NCBI GenBank assembly: GCA_052327205.1
Contig: CM126204.1
Location: forward strand, 292,082,001 to 292,146,000
Length of the DNA: 64,000 nucleotides
Origin: Somniosus microcephalus
Lineage: Eukaryota
Reading direction: 5' to 3'
In this document: positions 37,505 through 50,087 of the stretch, in pieces
Position numbering within the stretch: the first letter of the stretch is position 1
Layout: every line of letters begins with the position of its first letter
Position numbers and translations under genes: made by a program
Notes under the pieces: generated by a model
What the model was told of the DNA's origin: nothing
What the model saw: only the letters and a program-made list of their open reading frames with translations
The model's database searches: none

Positions 37505-39373
37505 ATGTGGAGGCCCATTGCTCACTTTCCTGCTGCTCCTGTTTCGACACCTTTGGCGGGCGTCCTCTGGGGTTGCGAACCTGTGATGGCTCGGCAACAG
37601 TCTGCTGCTCCTGCAGCTGTGCAGGGGGTTGAGACGCCGATCTCAGTTGGGTGTGGACTCTGGTGGGGCTCTGACCGAGGGCTCTGCAGTGGCATGGAAG
37701 TGTGAGCGCTTGGAGAGGAGCCCCCACTTCCTTGATGTCTGCCACCAACTTCCCTCTGATGGGTCAGGTCCCCCTCAGCGCTTGCAAGTGGCTTGAGAGC
37801 ACCTTGCTGCACATCAGGGGGGCCATGGGGACCCGTATCTGCACTGGCAGTCCTACTCAGAAGGACTTCCATGAAGGTCTGGTTTCTCGGTTCAATAGAT
37901 GACCATCGCTCCTCCAGAGATGCCATTCTATTCTGAACACTCACCATGTTTTCTGCACTCTGGCGACTTATCACCTCCATGGAGGTTGCCATCCTTTCCA
38001 TGGTGATGCGTTCATGCGCCAATGACTCCACAAAGGCTCTGCTCATGTTCGCTATGGACTCCTCCATTTGCTCCACACTTGCAGCGACCCTAGAGACAAA
38101 ACCTGCCAGAGACTCCTGCATCTGTTCCTGGAGTTCCAGCACTGCTGATCTTATGGATGGACCCAGAGGCAGAAGGTCGACATGCAGCTGAGCCGATCTG
38201 GCAGAGTCCTGCGCCCTCCGACTAGGACTCTCTCTCCACTGCTGTCCCTGTCTCCACAATCTGCTGATGCTCACGTGTAAGCTGTGATACACCAGGTGAC
38301 AACACTACTCTATGTCCTGAAGGTCCCACCGAGGTGTGAGTGTCTGCGCTGGTGCTGGGTGCGCTGAATTCTGCTGACGCTGCGTCCGCAGAGATTGCAG
38401 CTTCCACTGAGGAGTCTTGAGGCTCATGCTGTTTCTCCTGGCTAGTGGGGACGGGTGCTTGCGATGGTCCTGTGGGGGAGTAAAGGAAAGAGTCAGAGAT
38501 GTGATGCCAAAATTACATGCACATTGCATATTGCATATTGCAGATGATCATTAGTCCATCTGTTAGAGCTTCAGAATCATTATCAGCGACTCATGCAATG
38601 TCAATGAGAGAGATGGAAAACTATTCTGTCACCAGCTTGCTGTGATGCACCCCTCTGTCTGTCCCCCACTTGCGCATCTTCCTCCACTCCTATGATCTCC
38701 AGGACCACCTCCTCCCAGGGGGTGAGGTGGGCTACTGAGGGTGGCCCTCCTCCTGTCCTCGCTCTTTCTTGCTTATTGTGAGCTCTCTTTTCCTGCAATG
38801 AGGGAGACAAGTGGAGGTTGAGTGAAAATGAAGGAGTGAGTGTAGAGATTCCACATCATAGATACTTAGAAGGAGACAAAGATGGAGTGAGGTGGCAAGA
38901 CCAAGGACCCTCCCTGTGTGTTGTCAGTTGTTTTCATAACATCACAGTGATAGGGAGTGTGAGGGCTGCATAGTTGAATAGTTAGGTGAATGTGACCATA
39001 GAGAGAGGAAATAGGTAAGGGTGCATGGATGTCAGTATCAAGTGGGATGTGGAGGAAGAGATTGCTAAAGCTGAGTGCTGGTGAGGAAAGGCAATGGGGA
39101 TCAGATTGAGGGTGATTGGAAATTCATACTCACTTTTCCAGTGCGTTGAAGGTCATGAAATCTCTTCCTGCATTGAATCCAGGTTCTGCGGGTTACTGAT
39201 AATGAGTTGACCTCCTCTGCCACCTGTATCCACACAGCCTTGGTCTGCTGGGGAGGCTTCTTCCTCCCTGAAGAAGGGAAGAGCACCTCTTTATGAGCTC
39301 TTGCTCCCTCAACTAAAGCCTGCAGGGCAACGTCATCAAACCTGGGAGCAGACCTAGGTCTCTCGCTGGTCAT
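37505..39373 (-). pseudogene. Harbinger Myb/SANT-like DNA-binding protein gene with three exons (39373-39134, 38792-38633, 38469 onward); its C-terminus continues at 29884-29800 beyond the Gypsy insertion
   Basis: PRFDD...L...VLF...W..VAEEVN...RTWIQCRKRFHDL trihelix motif; ARTGGGPP...LTPWEE and STSADT motifs; GT/AG boundaries with compatible phases; one frameshift near 38220. Confidence 0.85.
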
Positions 39374-39956
39374 TCTGCCTCCAGGTCCTGTAGCATAAAA
39401 GTCCAAAAGGTTGGCAGTGTGCAGAAGAAGCAAGGCTTGTTGCAGACCTTAAATGCAGCAGCAATGATGATGTCATCGGAGGCGACTTTCAGACTGGAAA
39501 AACTCATTTGCCATGGGTTCCCACACGTTGGAACTCAATTGGCCAATTAAGTTAAAATTGCATCAATCTCCCACATCGATTTAGATTCGGGTGGATAACA
39601 CAAAATGCGGATTACACGACCCCAGCTCGCCTCTGAATTAAAATCCAGCCCAAAGACTCCACCAGCCACATTTCAAATGTGATTTGTCAAGTCTGTACCA
39701 GGCAATGAGGCTGAATGCCAGGCTGTAGCAGGGAGCCTCACCTAAGGGGGTGGAAAAATTGACAGGACTGTTCTTTTTATTGGCTAAACACCAATTCGTA
39801 GAGAAACATACAGCTAGCTCACCTGTCTCTTAGGTAATAAAGGAAAGAGGCCTTTTGAAGCTAACAGAAAACTGCAGGTACTACTTTCTTTATTAATTAT
39901 GTTAACTCCCATGTTCTGGGCCTTAATTGCAAAGGTTTAACAACTTTCTATTAATA

Positions 39957-40699
39957 GGCCCAGAAATTCGGGTCTCCACGGGTGAGTACGCACGGGGTAC
40001 TCACCCGTAGGCCCGATGGAAGTGCCGGTTTCCTGCATGCACTGCGCATGCGCGGGAAACCGGCACTTCCGTTCCTCTGAAAGCAGGGGTTCAGAGGTCG
40101 AACACGTGCGCGGGGGGAGTCTGCGCGTGAGCATTGAACTTACGTTTTTTTTACAGGTTTTTCCGTGAGGGTATGTCTTTAGAATTTAGAAATTTAAAAA
40201 GCAGGCGTAAGTGGTCAATTAATTAAAATTAAAACATTTTTTCCATAGGTTTATTATTTTTTAATACTTTAAAGCAAGGTAAGTTTATTTTTAGCCCCGT
40301 TAGAATATAAAATTATTTTTTCAAAAATTTAAATTATTGTTTAAAATAGTTATTTAATGTAATTTATAGTTTATTTTAAAAATGTGATTTAAAAAAAAAA
40401 TATTTGAAGGTTTACTGCTATTTTGGGGCTGTAATATTTATAAGTCTTGACAGCTCTTCCTGTCAAGACTTATGAATGGGCATTTCCCTGCTCCGATTGG
40501 CTGCCCATGGCCCACATGATCCCAGGGGACGCATCGACCTAACTGCGCCCCTGGGACACGCAAGCACTGCGCGCCAGCAGTTGGGCCAGGCCCCGGATTG
40601 GAATTCCACGGGGCCCTACAGCTCAACTGCCGACGCGCAAGGTAAGTGCAGGTCGGGGGCTTGCACCTATGGGAAGCCCCCGACCCGAATTTCTGGGCC
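39957..40699. mobile_element. Harbinger-type MITE
   Basis: TIRs GGCCCAGAAATTCGGGTC/GACCCGAATTTCTGGGCC with an AT-rich centre. Confidence 0.85.
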
Positions 40700-41199
40700 A
40701 TTATTTCCACAATTGCAATTGGCACAATATTGCAAATTCTTTACAGAATCTTTATTGAAATGTGTAAAAATATACAATCATGTGGTGAAAATAATGTTAA
40801 TAGTCATAAGAGCATGTAAATGCTGGTGCATCCATTGGTTTTTAAAACTTCATGATTTGTTTCTTTCACTGTAAAATAGTTCCAGACTGCAGAAATATGA
40901 GGCACAGATTTGGCCATCAGGACTAGCTCCTTGGCTGTGTCCATCACCAGCTGTCTCACTGACATTGTGACAATAAATTGGCAAGAGATATGTCAAAACG
41001 CCAACCTATTCTGTGAAGCAAAATAGTGCACCATAAATACAAAGCAAAGTCAGGATGGTCTAAAAAGTGACACATGAAGGCAAAAGAAGTACATTTGATT
41101 GCACTAACATGGGCTACTGGAACAAAGCTAGGGAGCACTCAGCCTGGGAAAATAAAGGTTACACGAGACTTTACACAATCACACAATGGGTAGAGTCAG

Positions 41200-41365
41200 C
41201 GTTAACTTTCACCCTTGGAATCACAGATCATCTGTGTAGTCATGAATCTGAACCTGGACCTCAGCTGTCTCAGCACAGACCAGGATCACACTTTGCATCT
41301 TCCTAGTATTTATAGCTCAGTTCCACACTGAGTAGTCCATTAAACCACTGAGCCACTGGGGAGAC
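41200..41365 (-). mobile_element. Decayed LF-SINE-like head
   Basis: Minus strand GTGGCTCAGTGG...GTGTGGAACTGAGC...GGTCTGTGCTGAGACAGCTGA; similar to 55045-55380. Confidence 0.5.
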
Positions 41366-41907
41366 CTTGGTGATATTTATTCAGTATTTGTCAGTTACTG
41401 CAGTACTTTTACTGCACCTTATTTGGTAGTTTGCAGCACATTGTTGACTACTGATAGCTTTTTTTTTTGCTAAAATGAAAGTAAATGAAAAAGAACAGTA
41501 TTGAACTCTTGAGATCTAGAGTTTAATTCTCACAGTGCCAGTATATGTAAATAAAGCACATAAATTACAACAAAAATATATATTCAACAACAGCAATTGT
41601 CTCCATTACCAGAATTGGCAATGTTTTTTTTTACTACCAGCTACTGGAGACAATAATCTTTACTGGGATAATAATCTTTACTGGGATTTCAATAAAATGT
41701 AATGGGGGTATGTGATCTATTTGTCCTGTGTCCGCATGAAAAAAACATTCATAGGTATAATTACAGTTTTTTCATCCAAACCTAGTCTGGAGCATGAGAG
41801 AATATTTTGAAGGAAACACTAGGTTGAAGTATAGCTTTGTCATTGGTGGTGTTGGTGTAGAATTAAGAGTATTGCACAAGAAGCATATTAACACAATACT
41901 ATGGTGC

Positions 41908-42027
41908 AAAAGCTAAATACTGCGGTTGCTGGAAATCTGAAATAAAAACAGAAAATGCTGGAAATACTCAGCAGGTCAGGCAGCATCTGTGGAGAGAGAA
42001 ACAGAGTTCACGTTTCAGGTCAGAACT
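41908..42027 (-). mobile_element. Penelope terminal-repeat fragment
   Basis: Homologous to 9465-9562, with the hammerhead core partly deleted. Confidence 0.75.
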
Positions 42028-43664
42028 ATGGTGTATTGGTAGCAATATGCTAAATAACCCTAGTGACAGTACTTGATAGGCTTTTATAACAACATGGCTG
42101 AGAAATGCAGGTGCTACGTAGCCTACTAAGACCTCAAAATGGCAGGGAGGAAGCATGCGCATATTTCCAGCCGGATGTATGTCGACTGCCATATTGCGCA
42201 AGGACAAACAAGAGACATCCTTTATCCATGCCTGAATCCCTTTGCATATGCAAATAAAGGGCCTAACCAATATTTCCGCTAAGCTGCGTGGCCACGGAGG
42301 GGTCTGGAGGTCCTGCGTCGGCCGCTCCCGATACCCATGACCCCGACCCATGATCGGCCTCCTTCCCGATTGTGGACACTAGGCCCCACTCCCCCTATTG
42401 CGGACCCCCCCCAACCCAACCTGCGGACCCGACCTGACTCCCGTCTGTTTCTGTACTGTAAATACTGTGTCATTATGTAAAGAATAATAGAAAGAAAAAA
42501 AAAGAAAAAGAAAAGCAGAATAGAGAATAAAACATGGATATATGTGGAAAAAATTGAATGAAACGTCAGAAACGGCACCTAACTTGTATTTTAAATATCA
42601 TGATTTCAGTTGTAATATTTTATTGTTGCATTAAAGTGTAGATTGATATTAAAGTATACTTCCAGGTTCCATATGTCCCCAATCTCCAGGTAACTACTCC
42701 CTATCCAACAATCACACTTTGCTACCTCTCATACTGTTCTTGGCCGTCACCCAGTGCTCATCCTATTTACAGATCCTGCAAGAAACAGTAGCATGATTCC
42801 AATGGATTGTTTGCACTAGACCTCCTATCCAAGAGTGAAGAGCAGCAAGGATGTAGTGCTTTAAATTGCAAACAGAGACCCACAGATTCAACTTGTTTTC
42901 ATTGAAGAAAAGAAGATTGAGAGAATACATGCTACAAATATTTAAACTGCTGAGAAGAATAGGAGTTACTTCATTTGGACAGTGACAGGAAGTTAAACTG
43001 AGCTTAAACAGGAGGAAGTTAGCTCTGTAATGGAAATGCACCTTAACCTATGAATCTGTGGCCCAGAATTTGTGGTCAGCGGTGAAGTGAAGGCGGTCGC
43101 TGCTAGCGCCGTAGTAAGCTTCGCACAAAAATCTTGCAACCTCCGTGTCGAGGAGTTCGGATTTTCCGACATGTAATTCAAATCAACGGAGTACAGTGGG
43201 GATCCCCTAGTGCGAGTTGCTTAGACATCAGCAAGGTCAGACGTGGGGATGTTTGTTGATGACTGCACAGCGTCCAATTCCATTCGCAACTCCTCAGTCC
43301 ATGCCCGCATGCAACAAGACCTGGACGATATTCAGGCTTGGGCTGATAAGTCGCAAGTAACATTCATGCCGCACAAGTGCCAGGCAATGACTATTTCCAA
43401 CAAGCAAGAGTCTAACCACCACCCCTTGAAATTCAACGGCATAACCATTGCCAATTCCCCCACCATCGACATCCTGGGGGGTCACAATTGACCAGAAACT
43501 TATCTGGACCAGCCACATAAATACTGTGGCTAAAAGAGCAGGTCAGAGGCTGGGTATTCTGCGGCGAGTGTTTCCCCTCCTGACTCTCCAAAGCCTTTCC
43601 ACCATCGACAAGGCACAAGTCAGGAGTGTGATGGCATACTTTCCACTTGCCTGGATGAGTGCAG

Positions 43665-46600
43665 TGTTATGTATTATGTGTTCTCCTCCCACCTGCGGTG
43701 GCGCTGTCACAGCAGATAAATGGTTGGGTTTGTTCTCTTGGTTGGGTTTTTTGTTCTCTTTGTTCTGTACTCTCCAGAACCTTCTTTTTGAATAAAGTAG
43801 CCTCATGTTTGAATCTCTGGGTATTGGGTCCTAATTGTGTCTAGGTAGAAAGGTACAGACACAATAAAGTGGCGACGAGGATCGGATGAATCTGCGTTGT
43901 GGGAACTTTCTTGTTTTCGACTACAAAACACTTGGAACGGAGACGGGTGCAGTGAGTAAACAGAAATTAAAATTTGCAACGTGAGATGGCTACTATATTC
44001 AGAAACATTGGTGATTTTGATGAAAATGTGGAGCAATGGAGCGCTTATACGGAACGTTTTGACTATTTTGTATTGGCGAATGCGGTGGCAAACGATAAGG
44101 TCGTGCCTACCTTTTTGAGTATACCGGGAGCAAAGACATTCAATTTACTGCGAAGCCTTGTACAGCCAGTTAAGCCAGGAACTAAAACATATAAACAACT
44201 AGTGGAAATTCTTGGAGCACATTTTTCGCCGAAACCTCTGGTTATTGCTGAGACATTTAGATTTCACAAACGGAATCAAGAGGAGGGGGAAACAGTGACT
44301 ATGTTTGTTGCTGCTTTAAAAAGGTTGTCAGAACACTGCGAGTTCAAGGAGGTGCTGAATGACACCATTAGAGACAGACTTGTGTGTGGTCTGCAAAGTG
44401 CAGCCACACAGAAGCGCCTTCTTACTGAGGACAACCATACTCTTGAAAAGGCCATTGAAGTTAGTGTCTCCATGGAGATGGCGGAAAAGGAGGCTCACCA
44501 GTTGAGTTCAACAGGGAGAGTTCACAAGGTGTCATCTGAGCCTAAAGGTGCGCGGAACGGCACATGTTACCGTTGTGGGAAAATGGGCCATCACGCTAAT
44601 GACTGCTGGTGTACGGAGCTGGAATGCCGAAATTGTGGCAAAAAGGGTCACATTGAACGTGCCTGTAGAGGTAAAAAAAGAACAGACAGAGCTGGGAAGC
44701 ATGAAAGCAAAATGTCTGTATTTGGACAAGAGAAGAAAAAGAGTGTTCGTTCAGTGCTGTATGATGGAACAAGCAAAACAGAGGGGAGCGACATCTCTGA
44801 GGAGGAAGAGGTGCACATACTGACGGTTGCAGGTGGTCCAAATGGCTGCTGGGTGTCACCACTGGTGGAGGGACAATCAGTGCGGATGGAGGTGGACACA
44901 GGCACGGCTGTGTCCCTTGTTTCAGACACTGTCTACAACAAAATGCTAAAGCATCTTACCCTTCAGCCAACAAACATTGTGCTAAAGACGTATACCGGCG
45001 AACCTGTGGCCATGAGAGGTGCCATTGAGGTGACTGCGAATGGACAGACTGCGAAATTGCCACTATATGTGGTAAAGGGAAATTACCCATCTCTACTGGG
45101 ACGTACATGGCTAGAGAAAATCATGCTGGACTGGCCTGCAGTCCGCATGATGTCAAAAGGGGAGTCAGGTCTGACTGCAGTTTTAAACAAACATGCAGAA
45201 CTCTTCAATGGTGAACTTGGGAGCATGAAAAAGATCAGTGTGAGACTGAACATTAAACCTGACAGCAAGCCGAAGTTTCACAAGGCCCGACCTGTACCCA
45301 ATGCAATTAGGCCAAAAGTTGAGGCTAACTTGGAGGCCCAAGTCAAGAATGGAGTCCTGGAGCCTGTGAGCATGAGCAAATGGGCCACACCCATTGTTCC
45401 TGTCCTGAAAAAGGATGGATCTATTCGAATCGGCGGGGATTTTAAAGTGACTATTAACCTGGTGCTGTCTGCGGAACAGTACCCTCTTCCCCTCATTGGT
45501 AATCTTTTTACGGGCCTGGCCGGAGGGCAAAAGTTCAGCAAAATAGACTTATGCCAGGCTTACCTACAAATGCATGTCGATGACAAATCAAAGGAGCTGC
45601 TGACAATTGTGACACACAAGGGGCTATACAGGTACTGCCGCCTTCCGTTTGGAATTACGTCAGCCCCTGCTCTATTCCAAAGGGCATTGGATCAGATTTT
45701 GAGTGGACTGCCAGGAGTCCAGTGCTACCTGGACGACATCCTTGTCACTGGGACAAATGAGGAGGATCAGAGTTCGTAAGGACAAATGTGAATTCTTTCA
45801 GTCTTCAGTTGAGTACCTGGGGCATGTGTTTGATGCTACTGGCCTGCATAAGGCGCCGTCAAAGGTCAAGGCGATCGTGGAGGCCCCAGCACCCCAGAAT
45901 GTGAGTCAGTTACGTTCATTCCTGGGGCTACTTAACTACTATGGAAAGTTTATTCCAGACTTAGCAACTAATGTAGCGGCTTCAGGAATATTGCTATGTC
46001 AAGGCAAAACATGGAAATGGACTGAACTGTGCAACGAAGTTTTCGTCCAAGCAAAGAAAGCATTGCTGAAGTCGGAGGTCCTGACACACTTCGACCCAAA
46101 GCTACCCGTGCAGCTAGCATGTGATGCATCACCATATGGTGTGGGAGCAGTCATATCCCACATCATGCCTTCTGGTGAAGAGAAACCTATCGCCTTCGCA
46201 TCACGCACCTTGAACAAGGCCGAGAGTAACTATGCACAGATTGAGCGCGAGGCCTTGGGAATCGTTTTTGGAATTCGAAAATTTCATCAGTACCTGTTTG
46301 GGAGAGGGTTCACACTCCTGACGGACCACCATCCATTGACTTCAATCTTCGGGCCCCACACCGGAATTCCGTCTCTTGCTGCAAGCAGGATGCAAAGGTG
46401 GGCTTTATTGTTGTCAGGACACACATACGACATCAAATATCGCAAATCAGACTTGCACGGCAATGCAGACGGTCTCTCGAGGCTGCCCTTGCCTGTTACT
46501 TCCACAGAGCCTTGTCAGATAGACATCTTCTACTTTAGACAAGTGGAGGGAGCACCTGTCACTGCAGTTCAGGCGCGAAGGTACACCCGCAACGATCCAG

Positions 46601-48272
46601 TCCTGTCTGAGGTAATGAACGATGTCATTCGAGGGAGAGCTATAGGAGATTCTCCTAGTTTGAAACCTTACGTTTCAAAAAGAAATGAGCTCTCCGTCCA
46701 GGCAGGTTGTCTTCTCTGGGGACGCCGTGTCATCATTCTGCTACCTCTGAGGGAACCTGTACTGCAACAACTTCATACAGGCCACAGTGGGATGGTTCGG
46801 ATGAAGGAAATGGCAAGAAGCTACTTCTGGTGGCCAGGTCTCAATGGAAATATTGAGGAGAAAGCCAAAACATGTTCCCCATGTCAAAGGGTCCGGAATG
46901 TTCCACAGCTGGCAACCCTACACCCATGGGATTGGCCGGAAGAAGTGTGGCAGCGAGTACATGTGCACTTCGCCGGTCCTTTCGAAGAGAAGATGTTTAT
47001 GGTGGTTGTGGATGCTCGTAGCAAGTGGCCGGAGGTTGCTGTGATGAGGTCTACCACGGCAGAGAAAACAATTGAGAAACTTGGTGAGATGTTCAGCCGT
47101 TATGGCTCACCGGAACAACTCGTAAGTGACAACGGTCCACAATTTGTATCACAGGAGTTTGCAAACTTCCTGCAAGCGAATGGTGTCCAACACATCAGGT
47201 CTGCGCCCTATCATCCCTCGACTAATGGCCTGGCAGAAAGGTTCGTGCAAACTTTGAAGCACGCCTTGAAGGCATCGCAAGGTCAGGGCTCAATCCACCA
47301 ACGTCTGAACAGCTTCCTGTTGTCCTACAGGAACGAGCCGCATGCCAGAACCAAAACTTCCCCGCTTTGCTCATGATGAAGAGGCAGTTGCGGACAAGTT
47401 TTGACTTATTCAAACCTCCAAGGACAGAGCAGCTTATCCAACGTCAACAACAAGCTCAAGTTGAAAGGAGAGAGAAAAGAGCCAAGGAGAGACGGTTTCA
47501 TCCTGGAGAGCACGTCCTAGCTCGAAACTACAACACTGGACCGAAATGGGTTCCTGCTACGGTGATTGCGCAGACGGGCCCTGTGTCTTACACGGTTGAG
47601 ACTGCTGAGGACATCGTCTGGAGAAGACACACTGATCAACTATTGCTAGGAGCAGAGACAGCCACAGAGGCTCCAATGGCTGGTTGGCCTGAACTGTTTC
47701 CAGATGATACCGCAAACCAGCATCCTTTGCCACAGTGCTCTTCTCCACACAGGAAGTCAAAGAGACTGTTCCACCTGTGCAAACTCCTGACTTTCGACTG
47801 ACACAGGCACCTTCTCTATCTAGGCCTGTGTCAATGCCTACTGCTGTGGAAGCCAGCGATGACCGCCGGTATCCTGTCAGAGAGCGGCGGCCTCCAAGAT
47901 GCTTGGATCTGTAGGTTTAGTGACTTACCCACAAGACTGGAGCAGAATAAACCCCAGGGTAAAGTTAGGGTTTGAGGCAGTCTACCTCTACCCTTGGTTA
48001 GTTGAGCGCATTGAAAGTAACTTACCTGTTGAGGAATAATGTGGACATATCATATAAGAGGGGAGGAATATGTTATGTAGTATGTGTTCTCCTCCCACCT
48101 GTGGTGGCGCTGTCACAGCAGATAAATGGTTGGGTTTGTTCTCTTGGTTGGGTTTTTTGTTCTCTTTGTTCTGTACTCTCCAGACCCTTCCTTTTGAATA
48201 AAGTAGCCTCATGTTTGAATCTCTGGGTATTGAGTCCTAATTGTGTCTAAGTAGAAAGGTACAGACACAATA
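43665..48272 (+). mobile_element. Ty3/Gypsy LTR retrotransposon (Mag-like)
   Basis: 202-bp LTRs at 43665-43866 and 48071-48272 (six differences counted), TSD TGCAG, PBS TGGCGACGAGG at 43870, PPT before 48071. Confidence 0.94.
43987..47914 (+). pseudogene. gag-pol: gag-pol with deletions and frameshifts
   Basis: ORFs 43974-45779, 45703-47376 and 47367-47801: two CCHC knuckles, VDTG, YLDD, ACDAS, integrase core. Confidence 0.9.
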
Positions 48273-50087
48273 TGCAGCTCAACAACACTCAAGAAGCTCG
48301 ACACCATCCAGGACAAAGCAGCCTACTTGATTGGCACTCCATCCATCACCTTAAACATTCACTCCCTCCATCACCGACGCACCGTGGCTACAGTGTGTAC
48401 CATCTACAAGATGCACTGCAGCAACTCGCCAAGGCTTCTTCGACAGCACCTCCCAAACCCGCGACCTCTTCCACTTAGAAGGACAAGGGCAGCAGGCGCA
48501 TGGGAACACCATCACCTCCAATTTCCCCTCCAAGTCACACACCATCCTGACTTGGAAATATATCGCCAACCCTTCATAGTCACTGGGTCAAAATCCTGGA
48601 ACTCTCTCCCTGACAGCACTGTGGGAGTACCATCACCTCACGGACTACAGTGGTACAGCGGCTCACCACCACCTTCTCGAGGGCAATTAGGGATGGGTAA
48701 TAAATGCTGGCCTTGCCAGCGATGCCCACATCCCATGAACGAATAAAAAAAAGCTGTCTAAGCAGCCAATCAAAATGCAGAATTCTCACAGACAGCGAAC
48801 AAGGAAGTGCTCTTAAAATGCTAACTTTTAAAAAATGTAAGGGAGAGCAAAACAAAGATTGGGGCTCTTACATGGGTCAAAGGAAAACCTGAAATAAAGA
48901 TGTTGGGGAATGGGGTGGGGGTGGTTGGGGTGGTGGGCGGGGGCTGGCACATCGCAGCTTGTGTCAGAGCAGTGAATGACAGACTGCAACTTCAGGATTT
49001 CCGCACGCACCTCCGCATGTTCCAAATCCCGAAGTTGCAGTCAGTTTCAAAGGTGGAATGACGGTGAATGCTGTCAGTTTGCCGTCATCCGGACTGCAAA
49101 TTCCAGGCCTATATGTTTTTGATATGCTTAATTTCCTCATAATTGCTAAGAATGGTTTAATAATAATGAGTTGACACATTCACTTTTTCCATAAACAAAT
49201 TGCAAGACTTCTATTATTTTCTGATGACACCCATCTTATATTTCCACAGATGTTAAGGATGCTGCTAGCAAGCACAGCCCCAATTTTGGCTTGGTCCTAT
49301 AAAATAGTCAGAGTAGTAGAATACAGAGCTCTGATTTTCTGAGGCTCTGCTGTAGGATGGAGCTGTAATGTATGTACCTTTAAGAGAGGAAATATCTTTT
49401 ACAGCCCCTGTATACTGCAGTACCAGTAGTGACCACACCTGTATATAACACCGTGTAGTAATTTGTACAGTTAGTTTCAGCATACCCTCTGTTCAGTAAA
49501 CACCTGTTATTACCATTCTCCTGCAGTCCGTGTGTTATTTATACGCGGACACTACAGTGGCGACGAGCAGGTTCAAACTCACCTGCAGTACTGCATCACC
49601 TCACGGGGATCCATCCCTGAAAAGAAGCTTCTTGGAGGTCAAAGCCAGAGCAACGGGCGTCGACCGCGGGCAACCGCCCAGTGATCCATCGGAGTTCAGA
49701 GAATCGCAGGGGAGGCTGTGGAGAGCTGGGCTTGGTTCTCCAGTCAAGGTGTTCCAGCAAATCGGGCTGGTAGCAGGTAGTGCGCTGACCCTTCCCGGAC
49801 TGCGGCGGGCTAGAGCTCGATCGAGCGGCTCTGCAAGGGGGCCGAGCAGCGTCGTCGGGAAGAAAAAGAGAGAGAGAGGGTGGAGCGCACAGGGCGCGGC
49901 CGGTGCTCAAGAGCCAGGCAGCGTTAAAGAAAATAAAAAAAGGGGAAGGAAAAGAGACACGCAGTGGACAGCGTCGAAGAAGAATAAAACTAAGAAAATT
50001 AATTAACAAAAGAGAGACGCGCAGAAAGCCGCGGGGCGCCGCCATTACTATTTAGAACGCTAGGAGCAGCATTGGCAGCAGCGGGGG

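Larger units (their letters stand above)
26425..39651. mobile_element. Two-gene (autonomous-type) PIF/Harbinger transposon expanded by nested insertions
   Basis: TIRs GGGCAGGATTTT (26425) and AAAATCCAGCCC (to 39651); convergent transposase and Myb/SANT genes; a matching 3-bp TSD is not evident. Confidence 0.82.
43236..48752 (+). mobile_element. 5'-truncated CR1/L2-group LINE interrupted by the LTR element
   Basis: FVDDC...QQDLDDIQAWADK...KCQAMTIS RT motifs; sequence resumes at 48273 after the TSD; A-rich tail. Confidence 0.82.
43060..49109. mobile_element. Harbinger-type MITE split by a LINE and an LTR element
   Basis: TIRs GGCCCAGAATTTG/CAAATTCCAGGCC; the halves rejoin as GACATCAGCAA|CTGTCTAAGCAGCCAAT, which occurs uninterrupted in a relative at about 63290-63320. 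Confidence 0.72.

Noticed and set aside
40840-40960. SAVWNYF motif on the minus strand suggesting a hAT BED finger
   Set aside because: No following CxxC or His residues and no other transposase sequence was found
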